Source: a virus. From it: DNA of 64,000 nt. The notes under the pieces were generated by a model, which searched no databases, was not told the DNA's origin, and worked only from the letters and a program-made list of their open reading frames with translations. Shown in pieces: positions 48,167 to 57,101 of the stretch (position 1 is its first letter; every line of letters starts with the position of its first letter). The position numbers and the translations under genes are program-made. The stretch is taken from positions 11,340 through 75,339 of IMG/VR virus record IMGVR_UViG_3300036791_001436; one strand, 5' to 3'.

Positions 48167-48200
48167 TCCGGCCTATCCCTATCTATTCCGTTGCGGTTAC
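48167..48200 (-). repeat. 34-bp dispersed direct repeat, copy 2
   Basis: tccggcctatccctatctattccgttgcggttac. Confidence 0.8.
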
Positions 48201-50668
48201 TTTTTGACTAGCTTGTACATCTGCTTGTTGTGTAGTGTGCGGCCGGGAACTAGACCTGCAGTGCTGGCAACGGTATGCTTGTTCAACTGTAGGTATCGGC
48301 CTAGAGACCGTGGTTCCTGAAGGACTTTGCAGTTGGCGAATTCTTCCTCCCCTGATGCCCAGGTAGAGATTTCTATAGCCGCCCATTCCTGGCTGTACAC
48401 CCCCGCGCCGTTCTGCTCTTCCATCTCCGCAACGAACGCGACTAGTCCTTCTAAGGCCCAGTCTGCCTCGCTCAGACGCTCATCGCGGGAGGACTCTAGG
48501 TAGTCCTTCACCCATCCAGCGTCGGAAGGTGCTGCCCCAAAAATTTGTGCAGTGAGCGTAAGTAGCTGCTCGACGTTGATTAGCCGGTACTTCGCCTTAT
48601 ATCGTGTTGCCCACTTTTCGTGGTTGAATGCGGATCGCAGGAGGCGGTGCACGAACAAGATGTGATGTGCCAGCCAGTTTGCCCGACCACCGAATCGCGC
48701 CAGTTGGTGGGAGGCCCATTCACCGTCGTACTCTAGTTCGTCCGTCCCCTTATCCAGCTCCGTGATGATTGAGCGTTGCACGATGTCAGCGTTGGTGAAG
48801 GGCTGCCGTATACTCGTAATCCCGAAGACGCAGCTCACGTGGATCTTGACTACTCCGGTATTGGTGTAAAGTCGGCGCTGCTCGATGTTTGGCGCAGGCT
48901 CAGTAGTGAGTCGGCACAGCTCATCACTGAGCTTTTGCCGAAGCTGCGCATCCTGAAGCTGGACATTGTCAGTGACATAGAGTCCCCCGGAGTTCGCCAC
49001 ACCAGCCTGCCAGTCTCGTAGGTCGTTCGGAGTGTTTCTAAGGACTGCGCTACCTGTGAGGATGTTGAGCCGAATAACGTACAGCGAAGACTTGCCGCTT
49101 CCGGCCTCTCCAGTAACGATCTCAACAGGAAGCTGCGTCTCTCGCCAACGGTAGAACCAAGGGGAGATGTAGTAGAGATAGGAAAGGAGGAGACGCTGGT
49201 GGTCCCCGCTTGACTCTTGTATACGTGCTCCCCTAAGAACATCGTACCAACGGTTAGGTAGGGGTCGTCCACTATCGCCCACGTCGTTGGTTTGAGTCTT
49301 GAGGGCCTCTCGGAACTCTTCCTCTGTGATGCCTTGGACATGTCCCGCCTCGAACAAAACGTTATCGTCCCCGTTGTTCAGGATGGCAATATGGTCTTTA
49401 GTGACTCGGACCTGCTGTCCGTCGTTCAGATGGTAGTAGAAGGTATCGCCGCGCCATGCGAGGATTCGCTCTGGAACTACTTCCTCAATAGGCTGTTCAG
49501 CGGAAAACTGGCCCGCCAGCCACGTCAAGGTGCGAACATCGCCTTGGTGTAGATTGTATTCCTTGAATAGAAGAATGCCCCAAGGGCTATCTGCGTACCC
49601 TGGTTCCTTCGGGTGCGGGAATATTACCTTAAGCAGCCTCTTCTCTTCAGCCTGGTAGTAGTATAGTTGACCTTCATCTGGGGCTCGGAGTCGTTGCCCT
49701 CGAGCGTCCAGATCTGTGAGAACTGCAAGGGCAACAGACTGCTGATCCTGTCGGGTAAGCGAATTACCTCTCTGCAGACGCTCGTTAATGTAGGCACTAA
49801 TATTCGGGTAACGAGGAAAGGCGGTTCTGTCTGCAATACACCCACGGACAAGTTCTCGAAGTTTCTCCGGACCTCCGTCCTCGTGTAGCAGATAGTCGTC
49901 CAGCCCGGTCTTGTAGAAGAACGTCTTGAGGCCTTGATGCGTAGGCGGGGCTTTCCCGGCGAGAAGGGGTGGAAGATGACATTGACGGATTTGAGCCAAC
50001 GGGATTCCACGACGACGAAGCTCGAAAGCAAACATCGCGGCGGCTCTAGCAACGGGTTCTTTAGCCCTTGGGCCATCCGTGTCATATACAAGGACAATAG
50101 GGATGTCGGCTTGTCGTATATAGTTGATGACATCTTCTAGCCCTTCAGCCAGAGTGGAGGCAAGCTCCACAGGCCTTTTGTTTCCTGGGAGCTTTGCCTT
50201 CAACTGGCCGTTGACTGAGGCTAGTTTGGTATCACGTGGAAGACTAATAGTGCGGTTACGCCAGCTGTCGACGCCGCTAAGAGAGCAACAAGGAAACCCG
50301 TTCTTGACAGCAGCGACGGCTTTCTTTTCCCCCTCCGTGACGAGAAGGTATTCCAGTTCACCTCGGGAGGCCAATTCATTGATCAGCCCCCACAGTCTTG
50401 GCGGGAAGTAAACATGGTTTAGGCTCCCTATGACCTGACGATATTTGGCATCGTCGTCTTCTACGTCGAACAGCTTTACACGGTAGAAGGGAAGCGGGGT
50501 TCCCCTCAGCGAGAAGTAGGGAATAGCATAGCCGTCGCTGCCAACGGGCGCGCCGGTTGCTGCCTTCTCGGCCGGTGTCAAAGTCTTGGCCCGTATCTCC
50601 CCAGGCAGGATCCCTGACTGTGCCAGGTCTGCGAGAAGCTTCGGGCTGTACAGTTGATCCACAGACAT
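48197..50668 (-). CDS. Primase-helicase (DUF3854/Toprim primase plus P-loop helicase)
   Basis: IPYF, KY.Q, TEGEKKA, GVDSW, YD.D, GLDDYL; GEAGSGKS Walker A, R.LYT. Confidence 0.85.
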   Translation of the reverse strand: MSVDQLYSPKLLADLAQSGILPGEIRAKTLTPAEKAATGAPVGSDGYAIPYFSLRGTPLPFYRVKLFDVEDDDAKYRQVIGSLNHVYFPPRLWGLINELASRGELEYLLVTEGEKKAVAAVKNGFPCCSLSGVDSWRNRTISLPRDTKLASVNGQLKAKLPGNKRPVELASTLAEGLEDVINYIRQADIPIVLVYDTDGPRAKEPVARAAAMFAFELRRRGIPLAQIRQCHLPPLLAGKAPPTHQGLKTFFYKTGLDDYLLHEDGGPEKLRELVRGCIADRTAFPRYPNISAYINERLQRGNSLTRQDQQSVALAVLTDLDARGQRLRAPDEGQLYYYQAEEKRLLKVIFPHPKEPGYADSPWGILLFKEYNLHQGDVRTLTWLAGQFSAEQPIEEVVPERILAWRGDTFYYHLNDGQQVRVTKDHIAILNNGDDNVLFEAGHVQGITEEEFREALKTQTNDVGDSGRPLPNRWYDVLRGARIQESSGDHQRLLLSYLYYISPWFYRWRETQLPVEIVTGEAGSGKSSLYVIRLNILTGSAVLRNTPNDLRDWQAGVANSGGLYVTDNVQLQDAQLRQKLSDELCRLTTEPAPNIEQRRLYTNTGVVKIHVSCVFGITSIRQPFTNADIVQRSIITELDKGTDELEYDGEWASHQLARFGGRANWLAHHILFVHRLLRSAFNHEKWATRYKAKYRLINVEQLLTLTAQIFGAAPSDAGWVKDYLESSRDERLSEADWALEGLVAFVAEMEEQNGAGVYSQEWAAIEISTWASGEEEFANCKVLQEPRSLGRYLQLNKHTVASTAGLVPGRTLHNKQMYKLVKK

Positions 50669-50732
50669 ACAGGGTTGGTACCCTTGTCACATCACCCCCA
50701 ATGGGCGATCTGCATGGTGGTCGTCCTTGTGA

Positions 50733-51185
50733 CTATGCTGTTTGTTGGGGGGTCTGGGTTTGGGGTTCGTTGTCTGCTTGTTCAGCGGTGTATTGCTCCA
50801 CCGTGAGAGTCTGTGGGCGCAGTTGCGCGTTGTACGGGTAGGTGTTATCTGCCCGGTGGTAGATGAGGTAGCTCATCGCACGACCTGCCGGCGTTTGAGC
50901 CGATAGGCGGGTGGCTGCCACTAGTCCCTTGGTCACCATCCTGTGGAGGACGGGACGCCACATCTTCGGAGGCAAGGAGGGGCCAATCCCCGTTTGGAGC
51001 ATCGATGCCGAGACAAATGGGAAGATCGTCATGACGTGCATCAGACGGTCTTCAACATCCCTAAACAGCTCCTCCACCTGACTCTCAGTGTGAGTCGGCT
51101 GGATGAGGTGCACGACCGCAGGAACGTCGTCGACCTCCACTTCGGTTTCGGGGTCGGCTCCCGTGTCGTTAACTTGGTCGTTCAT
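50733..51185 (-). CDS. Hypothetical protein (possible winged helix)
   Basis: AAGGAG RBS; own promoter. Confidence 0.55.
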   Translation of the reverse strand: MNDQVNDTGADPETEVEVDDVPAVVHLIQPTHTESQVEELFRDVEDRLMHVMTIFPFVSASMLQTGIGPSLPPKMWRPVLHRMVTKGLVAATRLSAQTPAGRAMSYLIYHRADNTYPYNAQLRPQTLTVEQYTAEQADNEPQTQTPQQTA

Positions 51186-51217
51186 GTAATGCTCCTTACA
51201 CTCTGTCTCAATTACAT

Positions 51218-51246
51218 ATTATATAGCACCCTATGGGGTCAATCAA
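51218..51246 (-). promoter_or_regulatory. sigma70-like promoter
   Basis: CCCTC-TTGATT-N17-TATAAT. Confidence 0.75.
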
Positions 51247-51275
51247 GAGGGCATCTTTGGGTTGAATAGTTCGCC

Positions 51276-51686
51276 CTAGAAACGCTTCACGTTGACGGTG
51301 GGCGTATCGGCGTCCGTCATGAAATCGTCCAGGATCCCCTGTGCTTCGAAGTAGTCCTTCGCCTTCTGCTGGTTCAACATACGCCGCGGGACGATCGTTT
51401 GGGAAGCCTCGTAGGTGTCACCGCGCTTCGTCCATGGCTGCTCACGCCCTAATTTGGCTTTCAGCAGGTCGACGTACAGCTTCTCCACCTTCTCGATGTC
51501 CTTCCGGAGAGCCTTGAGGGGGCCGATGTCGTCGATCAGCGCCACTGGCGTCACGTTCCCCATCTTCGGAGCTTCCCTCTCGAACCAGGGCTGTAGGACT
51601 TTGAAGGCGGCCTCCCATTCCATCTCGCGCTGCGTCCGTTGCGGTGGCATGAGAGGGATGGCGTTGGCTGGTTGTGGGTCGCTCAT
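51276..51686 (-). CDS. Hypothetical protein
   Basis: GGAGG RBS; ATGA coupling. Confidence 0.6.
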   Translation of the reverse strand: MSDPQPANAIPLMPPQRTQREMEWEAAFKVLQPWFEREAPKMGNVTPVALIDDIGPLKALRKDIEKVEKLYVDLLKAKLGREQPWTKRGDTYEASQTIVPRRMLNQQKAKDYFEAQGILDDFMTDADTPTVNVKRF

Positions 51687-51928
51687 GCTTCTATGTCTAG
51701 CCTCCAGGTTTGATTGCGGACGGAATTCCAGAGCTTGTCGACCGTGGACTTGAGATCCTCACAGTCTTGCCACAAGGTTGATGCACACTCCTTGTCACCC
51801 TGCGACTTGAGCTGTTGCTCTCCTACTAGCCCGACGGCGATCGCATTGTTCATCACCCGCTCGATGCTGTTGATGCGGATGAGCTTGATGTCCTTTGCGG
51901 AGAGCTCCAGCTCGATTGTGACCTTCAT
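51683..51928 (-). CDS. Hypothetical protein
   Basis: AAGGA RBS. Confidence 0.55.
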   Translation of the reverse strand: MKVTIELELSAKDIKLIRINSIERVMNNAIAVGLVGEQQLKSQGDKECASTLWQDCEDLKSTVDKLWNSVRNQTWRLDIEA

Positions 51929-51977
51929 GGTATCCTTCTGGTAGAGAGGTTGGGAACATCTGCTTCCGCGCGGTCTT

Positions 51978-52298
51978 TCACCCGTGGGCCGCGGTAGCGT
52001 GAGGGTCTCGGATCCACCCGATGTAGACGTCGCCGACTCTGTGGTGTACCTTACGTGGCGGCTTCGTCACCTCGTACAGAGCCCAAACGAACCCTTCCGG
52101 GGGCTGTTGGATGAAGGTTGGGCTGGCCCGGCGAAGGTTCGTACCGAACTTGTCTCCGTTCCGGGGACCGTCCCCTTCAACCTGTAGGATCTTGTACCCG
52201 TAGAATATGGGTGCCCCTTCCTGACTGATATTGGCGCTCATCTTCTCTTCCCTCGGTCTTGGGTTCTTGGGCGGTGCTGCCTTCTTGCCCCTAGGCAT
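51978..52298 (-). CDS. Hypothetical basic protein
   Basis: First ORF after promoter 52333-52361. Confidence 0.5.
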   Translation of the reverse strand: MPRGKKAAPPKNPRPREEKMSANISQEGAPIFYGYKILQVEGDGPRNGDKFGTNLRRASPTFIQQPPEGFVWALYEVTKPPRKVHHRVGDVYIGWIRDPHATAAHG

Positions 52299-52332
52299 GT
52301 ACCTTTGCTCCAGATCTCCTACTTCACTATTC

Positions 52333-52361
52333 ATTATATAGCAACTTCCAGAGGGCTTCAA
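52333..52361 (-). promoter_or_regulatory. Leftward promoter of divergent pair
   Basis: GCCTC-TTGAAG-N17-TATAAT. Confidence 0.7.
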
Positions 52362-52417
52362 GAGGCATTCGATTGGTCGGGCCAAAATCTTTTTTGGGTT
52401 CAACCCCATTTCGCCTC

Positions 52418-52446
52418 TTGAGGTCCCTTAGGGGTTGCTATATAAT
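52418..52446 (+). promoter_or_regulatory. Rightward promoter of divergent pair
   Basis: GCCTC-TTGAGG-N17-TATAAT. Confidence 0.7.
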
Positions 52447-52464
52447 ATATAGAATGGAATTGGG

Positions 52465-52770
52465 GTGACGAGAGTGAGTCTGTACACCGCACGGCGGATC
52501 TCCAAAGAGCAGATCGCCATGACCAAGTGGGAAGCGGATCGCACCGACCCACTTGAAGTGTACTACATATTTGGGTCCAAATGCTCTTGTCTCGGGAGCC
52601 TTAGACAACCATACTGCCGCCACATGCAAGTCCTAGCCGCGTTCCGCGAACTGCAGAGCAAGGGCGAGAACATCTGGGGGCTGGCCTACGACTATGACGC
52701 TCAGACCTTTGAGAGGTGGGTGCCATTGGAAGGTGTCGTGAACATCCGTGCATGGAGCAAGGCAGGTTGA
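52465..52770 (+). CDS. SWIM zinc-finger protein
   Basis: CSC.......CRH (CxC..CxH). Confidence 0.65.
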   Translation: MTRVSLYTARRISKEQIAMTKWEADRTDPLEVYYIFGSKCSCLGSLRQPYCRHMQVLAAFRELQSKGENIWGLAYDYDAQTFERWVPLEGVVNIRAWSKAG

Positions 52771-52793
52771 ATGCCAATGGTTGGAGAGGGACA

Positions 52794-52991
52794 ATGATGG
52801 GGCCAAGCCGCAGTCGGGAAGTGAAGCCGCGGTACAAGAGAGGGGGCACAGTGTTAACAAAGGAAGGGGGCATTGGGGTGGTGGAATCGGTCGAGAAGTA
52901 TCGATTCCGTTGGCACCCTGTCGTGCCCATCTATACGGTGCGGTTCAAGGACGGTAGCACTCGCCGTCTCTTCGAAGCAGACCTTTGGTAG
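52794..52991 (+). CDS. Small SH3/KOW-like protein
   Basis: G..V....G.V......Y.V.F.DG...F.E.DL. Confidence 0.5.
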   Translation: MMGPSRSREVKPRYKRGGTVLTKEGGIGVVESVEKYRFRWHPVVPIYTVRFKDGSTRRLFEADLW

Positions 52992-53001
52992 GAGGAAGGG
53001 A

Positions 53002-53211
53002 ATGACGAGCGACAATTGGGACGGCGGCATCCACCACGACCGCTACTTCCCTGACGATGATGAAGATCCAGATCCTGAAGAGGATGGGTGCACCAACCCT
53101 GAAGGTCACGAATGGACGTTCACTGGCACGTCTTATGGCGGCGAAGACTCGCGCTGGTTCGGCGAGGGCCGTTGCTACTGCAGGTGGTGCGGTGCGGATG
53201 GCGATGGTTGA
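53002..53211 (+). CDS. Small acidic Cys-containing protein
   Basis: AGGAGG RBS; H.W...C.WCG. Confidence 0.55.
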   Translation: MTSDNWDGGIHHDRYFPDDDEDPDPEEDGCTNPEGHEWTFTGTSYGGEDSRWFGEGRCYCRWCGADGDG

Positions 53212-53271
53212 GGGAGGAGAGGAGCAGGACGTTTGCGGCAACCATCGTGGGAAACCAGAGGAGCTGTAACC

Positions 53272-53535
53272 GTGGCAGACTTTGTCTTGCACGAGTACCA
53301 CGGAGAGGATGTGCATGGATTCGAGTACTTCGAGGTCTGGACGGTCTGGCGTGGTCTCCGCTATTCCCGCGTCATCTACTGTGACCCATTGTGGGGTTGG
53401 TCCCCAACATGGGACGAGGTGCGCGAAGACGTACGAGCGGCGGCAATGAAGGGAGGGTTAGCACAATCGGCACCATCAACGACGACGAGCTCACCGACGA
53501 CCGGATCGAAGCGATCTGGGAAGAGGCGGCGGTAG
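53272..53535 (+). CDS. Hypothetical protein
   Basis: GAGGAG RBS before GTG. Confidence 0.45.
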   Translation: MADFVLHEYHGEDVHGFEYFEVWTVWRGLRYSRVIYCDPLWGWSPTWDEVREDVRAAAMKGGLAQSAPSTTTSSPTTGSKRSGKRRR

Positions 53536-53660
53536 CTGCCCTTCATGCTTGGGGTCCAGGTGGGCGTACGGCGCGCAATCCGTATCGGGAGGGAACGGAA
53601 GAGGCGGAGATCTGGGCGTGTGCATTCCGCAACGCCTATGCTAGGGAGAACGGGTACTGA
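53391..53660 (+). CDS. Small protein with Rmf-like NPY...W motif (start uncertain)
   Basis: ARNPYREGTEEAEIWACAF; TGATG-coupled to the MazG-like gene. Confidence 0.45.
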   Translation: MGLVPNMGRGARRRTSGGNEGRVSTIGTINDDELTDDRIEAIWEEAAVAALHAWGPGGRTARNPYREGTEEAEIWACAFRNAYARENGY

Positions 53661-54100
53661 TGGCTGACCTGCATAACTACACCTGCTACCAGGTGTTCCA
53701 GTACATCACCGAGGTGAACGCCTCAAGGGTGTTAGGTTGGCACGGAGTCGCTGACAAATGGTCCTTACTGGAATGGGCCGGCGCTATGTGTGGCGAGGCT
53801 GGAGAAGTCGCCAACATCGCCAAGAAGATCCGCAGGGTGGAGCTAGGCATCAACCCAGAGGCCAAGGGCGGTAACAGCGAGGGCAATCTGGCCCAGTTTA
53901 AGATAGCCCTGGGGGAAGAGATCGCCGACACGTTCATCTACTTGAACCTGCTCGCCCATGAGGCGGGCATCGACATGTACGATGCCATCCAGACCAAGTT
54001 CAACGCCGTATCCATTCGAGACGGTCACCCAGAGCGTCTCTTGGGCTATCCGCCGCTGCCTAGGGATATCGTGACAAGTTCGGAACCTCAGGAGTCTTGA
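53660..54100 (+). CDS. MazG-like NTP pyrophosphohydrolase
   Basis: GEAGEVAN..KK and EEIAD..IY..LLA...GID (ExxE...ExxD). Confidence 0.85.
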   Translation: MADLHNYTCYQVFQYITEVNASRVLGWHGVADKWSLLEWAGAMCGEAGEVANIAKKIRRVELGINPEAKGGNSEGNLAQFKIALGEEIADTFIYLNLLAHEAGIDMYDAIQTKFNAVSIRDGHPERLLGYPPLPRDIVTSSEPQES

Positions 54101-54163
54101 TCCCTCCGCGACTGGGTGTTCCGCCCTGCTGGTAGACTCCCCCAGACTACTAGTAGGTACCTT

Positions 54164-54205
54164 GGCCCCCTCCATTTCATAACGGGCGTGGAGGGGGTTC
54201 TTTTT
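54164..54205 (+). terminator. Intrinsic terminator
   Basis: CCCCCTCCA/TGGAGGGGG followed by TTCTTTTT. Confidence 0.7.
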
Positions 54206-54304
54206 GACCTTGCTCGATGGTCAACGGGGATTTGCACAATTTGACCAACAATTTGGGTCGACGGGGCATGGGGTTGCAGGTGGGTTTAGGTGGTTGGATT
54301 TACT

Positions 54305-54569
54305 GGTGCCGATCTCGCTAACTCGTTGAAATCATTGGGGATAGGTTAGAGTTGTGGGTTTCTTTGAGGATATATTGTTCTAAAAAACTGAGGTGACGAT
54401 CTGTGACGGATTTGCCTGGGTTAATCCAAGGAAAATACCATAGAGAACAGGGAGGAATATTATGGTCAAAATTGGTCCCAGAGCGATAAGAGAGAGGATA
54501 GATCTCTCCAGCCAAACCCGCGACTCTAACATTCCCTAATGAAATCAACGAGTTATCGAGATCGGCACC
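54305..54569. repeat. ~57-bp imperfect inverted repeat flanking a 152-bp core
   Basis: Arms 54305-54361 and 54514-54569 are reverse complements with few mismatches. Confidence 0.85.
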
Positions 54570-54666
54570 CCCAAAGAACAGCTTGGTAACCCACCGGCAG
54601 CCACCGAAAACACGCCGAGTTAGTCCAACAGCGTCAAAAACTTTTGGTCGCCCATCATTTGGACCG

Positions 54667-54695
54667 TTGATTGCCCTATTTGGGTGTAGTATAAT
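54667..54695 (+). promoter_or_regulatory. sigma70-like promoter
   Basis: TTGATT-N17-TATAAT. Confidence 0.75.
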
Positions 54696-54700
54696 AAGGA

Positions 54701-55138
54701 ATGAATGAAGATGTTGATCAACTCGGGCGGGACCCGGAACGCTTCAAGGGCAAGGCAAGAGCAGTGAACTGTTGCCTATACCGTGGATGGGAGGTTGACC
54801 CACGTCTGCTCGAGATACAAAGGGATATTCCGGTATTTAAGGGAATGCCGATCAATGTTCCGGATGCGATGTGGGGGCTGTCGTTCAACGTGCTAACATC
54901 GAATAAGTGGTTCTTCGGGGAGATGTCGCGAGGAGGATGGCTGCTCGTAGAAACACGGCGCATGAAGCGCGCGCCACACACGAAGAACCCGCACCTCATC
55001 TGGTTGTTCATGAAGGCGAAGGCTGATGACCAGAAGAAGGGGTTGATCGAGCTCAGGGTGTACACCGAGGATTACGCCAAGATCTGGCGGGATAGGAAGA
55101 AGGAAGAGGAGCTTGAAAGGAAACCATGGCTAAAGTGA
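54701..55138 (+). CDS. Hypothetical protein
   Basis: ORF immediately after promoter. Confidence 0.55.
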   Translation: MNEDVDQLGRDPERFKGKARAVNCCLYRGWEVDPRLLEIQRDIPVFKGMPINVPDAMWGLSFNVLTSNKWFFGEMSRGGWLLVETRRMKRAPHTKNPHLIWLFMKAKADDQKKGLIELRVYTEDYAKIWRDRKKEEELERKPWLK

Positions 55139-55383
55139 CCGTCTACGTCGGGGATTATTCGTGGGGTCCACGTGGGGTGGACGCTCCGAAGAGAGCAGGA
55201 TCGTTGGCGCACTGGGTTAGGCCGTGCATGAAGATGTTCCCAGAACTGGGGAAGCATTGTGTGGGCTCATGGATGATAGTCGCATCCAACGTGTCGGAAT
55301 CGCGCATATACATGCGGGTGCGGTTCGCCAATCAGGCATTCGCATCGTTCGAAATCGTCAGGGGCGTTCACGCTCTTGCATAG
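55126..55383 (+). CDS. Hypothetical protein
   Basis: AAGGA RBS. Confidence 0.5.
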   Translation: MAKVTVYVGDYSWGPRGVDAPKRAGSLAHWVRPCMKMFPELGKHCVGSWMIVASNVSESRIYMRVRFANQAFASFEIVRGVHALA

Positions 55384-55412
55384 GTTGGTGGGGACCAACA
55401 GAAAGGGATAGG

Positions 55413-55835
55413 ATGGACGAGGAAGAGAAGAAGCCGGACATCTACGTCGCAAAGCCGGTAGCTGCCAAGAGCCTGCCGCCCATTAGCGACATTGTGGTAC
55501 CCAAGACACTGACAAAGTCGGCGATGATCCGCTGGCTGGTCGCGATGGGGTATTCCATCTTGGACATTCACCATTGGTCAGGCATTCAGTACCAGATGGT
55601 GAGGAACATCGCAAAGTCTGTCCCCAAGCGCGCTGCGCGGGAAGATTTACCTCCGCTCAAGTTAGAGTACAGACAGGACGGTGATCTCATCGATGCCGCC
55701 ATGGATGGTGCCTTGGAGGCGTCGCTCCTAGAGGAGCGGAAGGCGAGGAAGAAGGAAGAGGCGGCGGCTCGGAGAGCTGATCGTGCGGCGTTCCCAGACG
55801 GGGATGAGGAAGTGGACGAGATAGGAGAGGACTGA
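55413..55835 (+). CDS. HTH-like protein (paralog 2)
   Basis: TKSAMIRWL...GYS..DI....GI.YQMVRNI. Confidence 0.65.
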   Translation: MDEEEKKPDIYVAKPVAAKSLPPISDIVVPKTLTKSAMIRWLVAMGYSILDIHHWSGIQYQMVRNIAKSVPKRAAREDLPPLKLEYRQDGDLIDAAMDGALEASLLEERKARKKEEAAARRADRAAFPDGDEEVDEIGED

Positions 55836-55840
55836 CGTTA

Positions 55841-56071
55841 ATGGTTCAGGCAGATATGACGGTGTTGCGGTATCTGGGGCCTAGCGACAACCCAGTTACC
55901 TGCGTGCGCTCGTTCGTGAAACAGTTCCCAGAGTACTCCGGTAGGAGGCTGCGGTGGGACGATGGCATTACGTGGCTCGTCCTGGAGCTGTGGCATGACC
56001 ATCACGCCATGGACCTCGATGAGCCCCTCGACCAGTTGAAGAAGAGGCTAGGACTGCCTGGTCCTACGTAA
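55841..56071 (+). CDS. Hypothetical protein
   Basis: ORF with GAGG RBS. Confidence 0.5.
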   Translation: MVQADMTVLRYLGPSDNPVTCVRSFVKQFPEYSGRRLRWDDGITWLVLELWHDHHAMDLDEPLDQLKKRLGLPGPT

Positions 56072-56073
56072 CC

Positions 56074-56107
56074 AAAAAGATGCCCCAGGACCTTTCGGTT
56101 CTGGGGC
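56074..56107. terminator. Terminator between convergent units
   Basis: GCCCCAGGACC-TTTC-GGTTCTGGGGC preceded by an A-tract. Confidence 0.65.
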
Positions 56108-56140
56108 GTAGTTATGTTGAGGTAGAAGAGGAAGAAAGAG

Positions 56141-56275
56141 TTACGGGTGGTGCGGATGCGTAAGGAGCGTGTAGATCGGCGGGATGCAGATCACGAAGCA
56201 GAACCCCCATGCGAACATGATCGTGATCACGATCAGGATCCGCAGGAGGATTGGTAGGCTCTTCCAGATGAACAT
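56141..56275 (-). CDS. 44-aa single-TM peptide (not in ORF track)
   Basis: MFIWKSLPILLRILIVITIMFAWGFCFVICIPPIYTLLTHPHHP; weak RBS. Confidence 0.4.
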   Translation of the reverse strand: MFIWKSLPILLRILIVITIMFAWGFCFVICIPPIYTLLTHPHHP

Positions 56276-56354
56276 CTTGGGTTGCCCGATGTTTAATGGC
56301 GCCTCAGGGGGAGCCACAGAAGTCTGTGACTCCCCCCAGGGGAAGGACGAACGT

Positions 56355-56882
56355 TTAGAGGCGCTCGTTCTTCACCGGCGTGGCCAGCACGTTGCGGACG
56401 TGCTGGAACTTCATCGGACGGTTGCGCCGGCGACCCAGCTCACGAGCGATATCGCCCTTGCTGTAGCCGAGGCGGTGCAGCGAACGGATCCGCGAGGATT
56501 CCGTGGTGCACATGCTGAGGTCGACGGCTTGGATTCCCGTCGCCACCGGCACGACCACCACCGGCTCGCCTTCCGGCTCCACCTGAGGCTCGGTGACCTC
56601 GTCGGTGATCTCGTCGGACGCCGGATGATCCAGCGCCTCGAGGTCGGCCGCGAGCTGCTTCAGTTCGGCTTGTTCGGCCGATTCGGCAGCTTCCGGGTGG
56701 ATCTCGGCGGTGTCTTCGGGTTCGACCCCGAGTTCCATCGCCTCGACGCCGTCGGTGTTGTCCACCGTCAGCTCTTCCGCCGGTTGCTCTTGCGCCGTGG
56801 TGATCACCTGTTCGACGGTGTTGATGTTCTCGTCGGTGGTGGTCGCGGCTTGAGCAGCGGTCTTGGTTTGGCTTTTGGCCAT
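56355..56882 (-). CDS. Acidic protein with C-terminal HTH (paralog 3)
   Basis: TESSRIRSLHRLGYSKGDIARELG...FQHVRNVL; own promoter and downstream hairpin. Confidence 0.7.
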   Translation of the reverse strand: MAKSQTKTAAQAATTTDENINTVEQVITTAQEQPAEELTVDNTDGVEAMELGVEPEDTAEIHPEAAESAEQAELKQLAADLEALDHPASDEITDEVTEPQVEPEGEPVVVVPVATGIQAVDLSMCTTESSRIRSLHRLGYSKGDIARELGRRRNRPMKFQHVRNVLATPVKNERL

Positions 56883-56960
56883 TGTAGTAGTTCCTTTGAT
56901 TGTCAAAGATCCCCGTTCCCGATATTGGGCGCGGCATGATGATCTCTCATCACTACGAAT

Positions 56961-56990
56961 ATAATAAAGAGGGGCGGAGGACAAAATCAA
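56961..56990 (-). promoter_or_regulatory. sigma70-like promoter (18-bp spacer class)
   Basis: TTGATT-TTGTCCT..-TATTAT. Confidence 0.6.
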
Positions 56991-57047
56991 TAGTCAAAGT
57001 GGGGTAGGTTGCAAAATTTAATTTCGGAGGGGTTCTCATTTGGACTC

Positions 57048-57076
57048 TTGAGGTCATCTCTATGGTGCTATATAAT
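57048..57076 (+). promoter_or_regulatory. sigma70-like promoter
   Basis: GACTC-TTGAGG-N17-TATAAT. Confidence 0.75.
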
Positions 57077-57101
57077 ATCCGTATAGAGCGAAGGAGGATC
57101 A

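Noticed and set aside
54305-54569. Protelomerase telRL site or IS element
   Set aside because: Arms are separated by 152 bp rather than forming a contiguous palindrome; no protelomerase or transposase gene in the window
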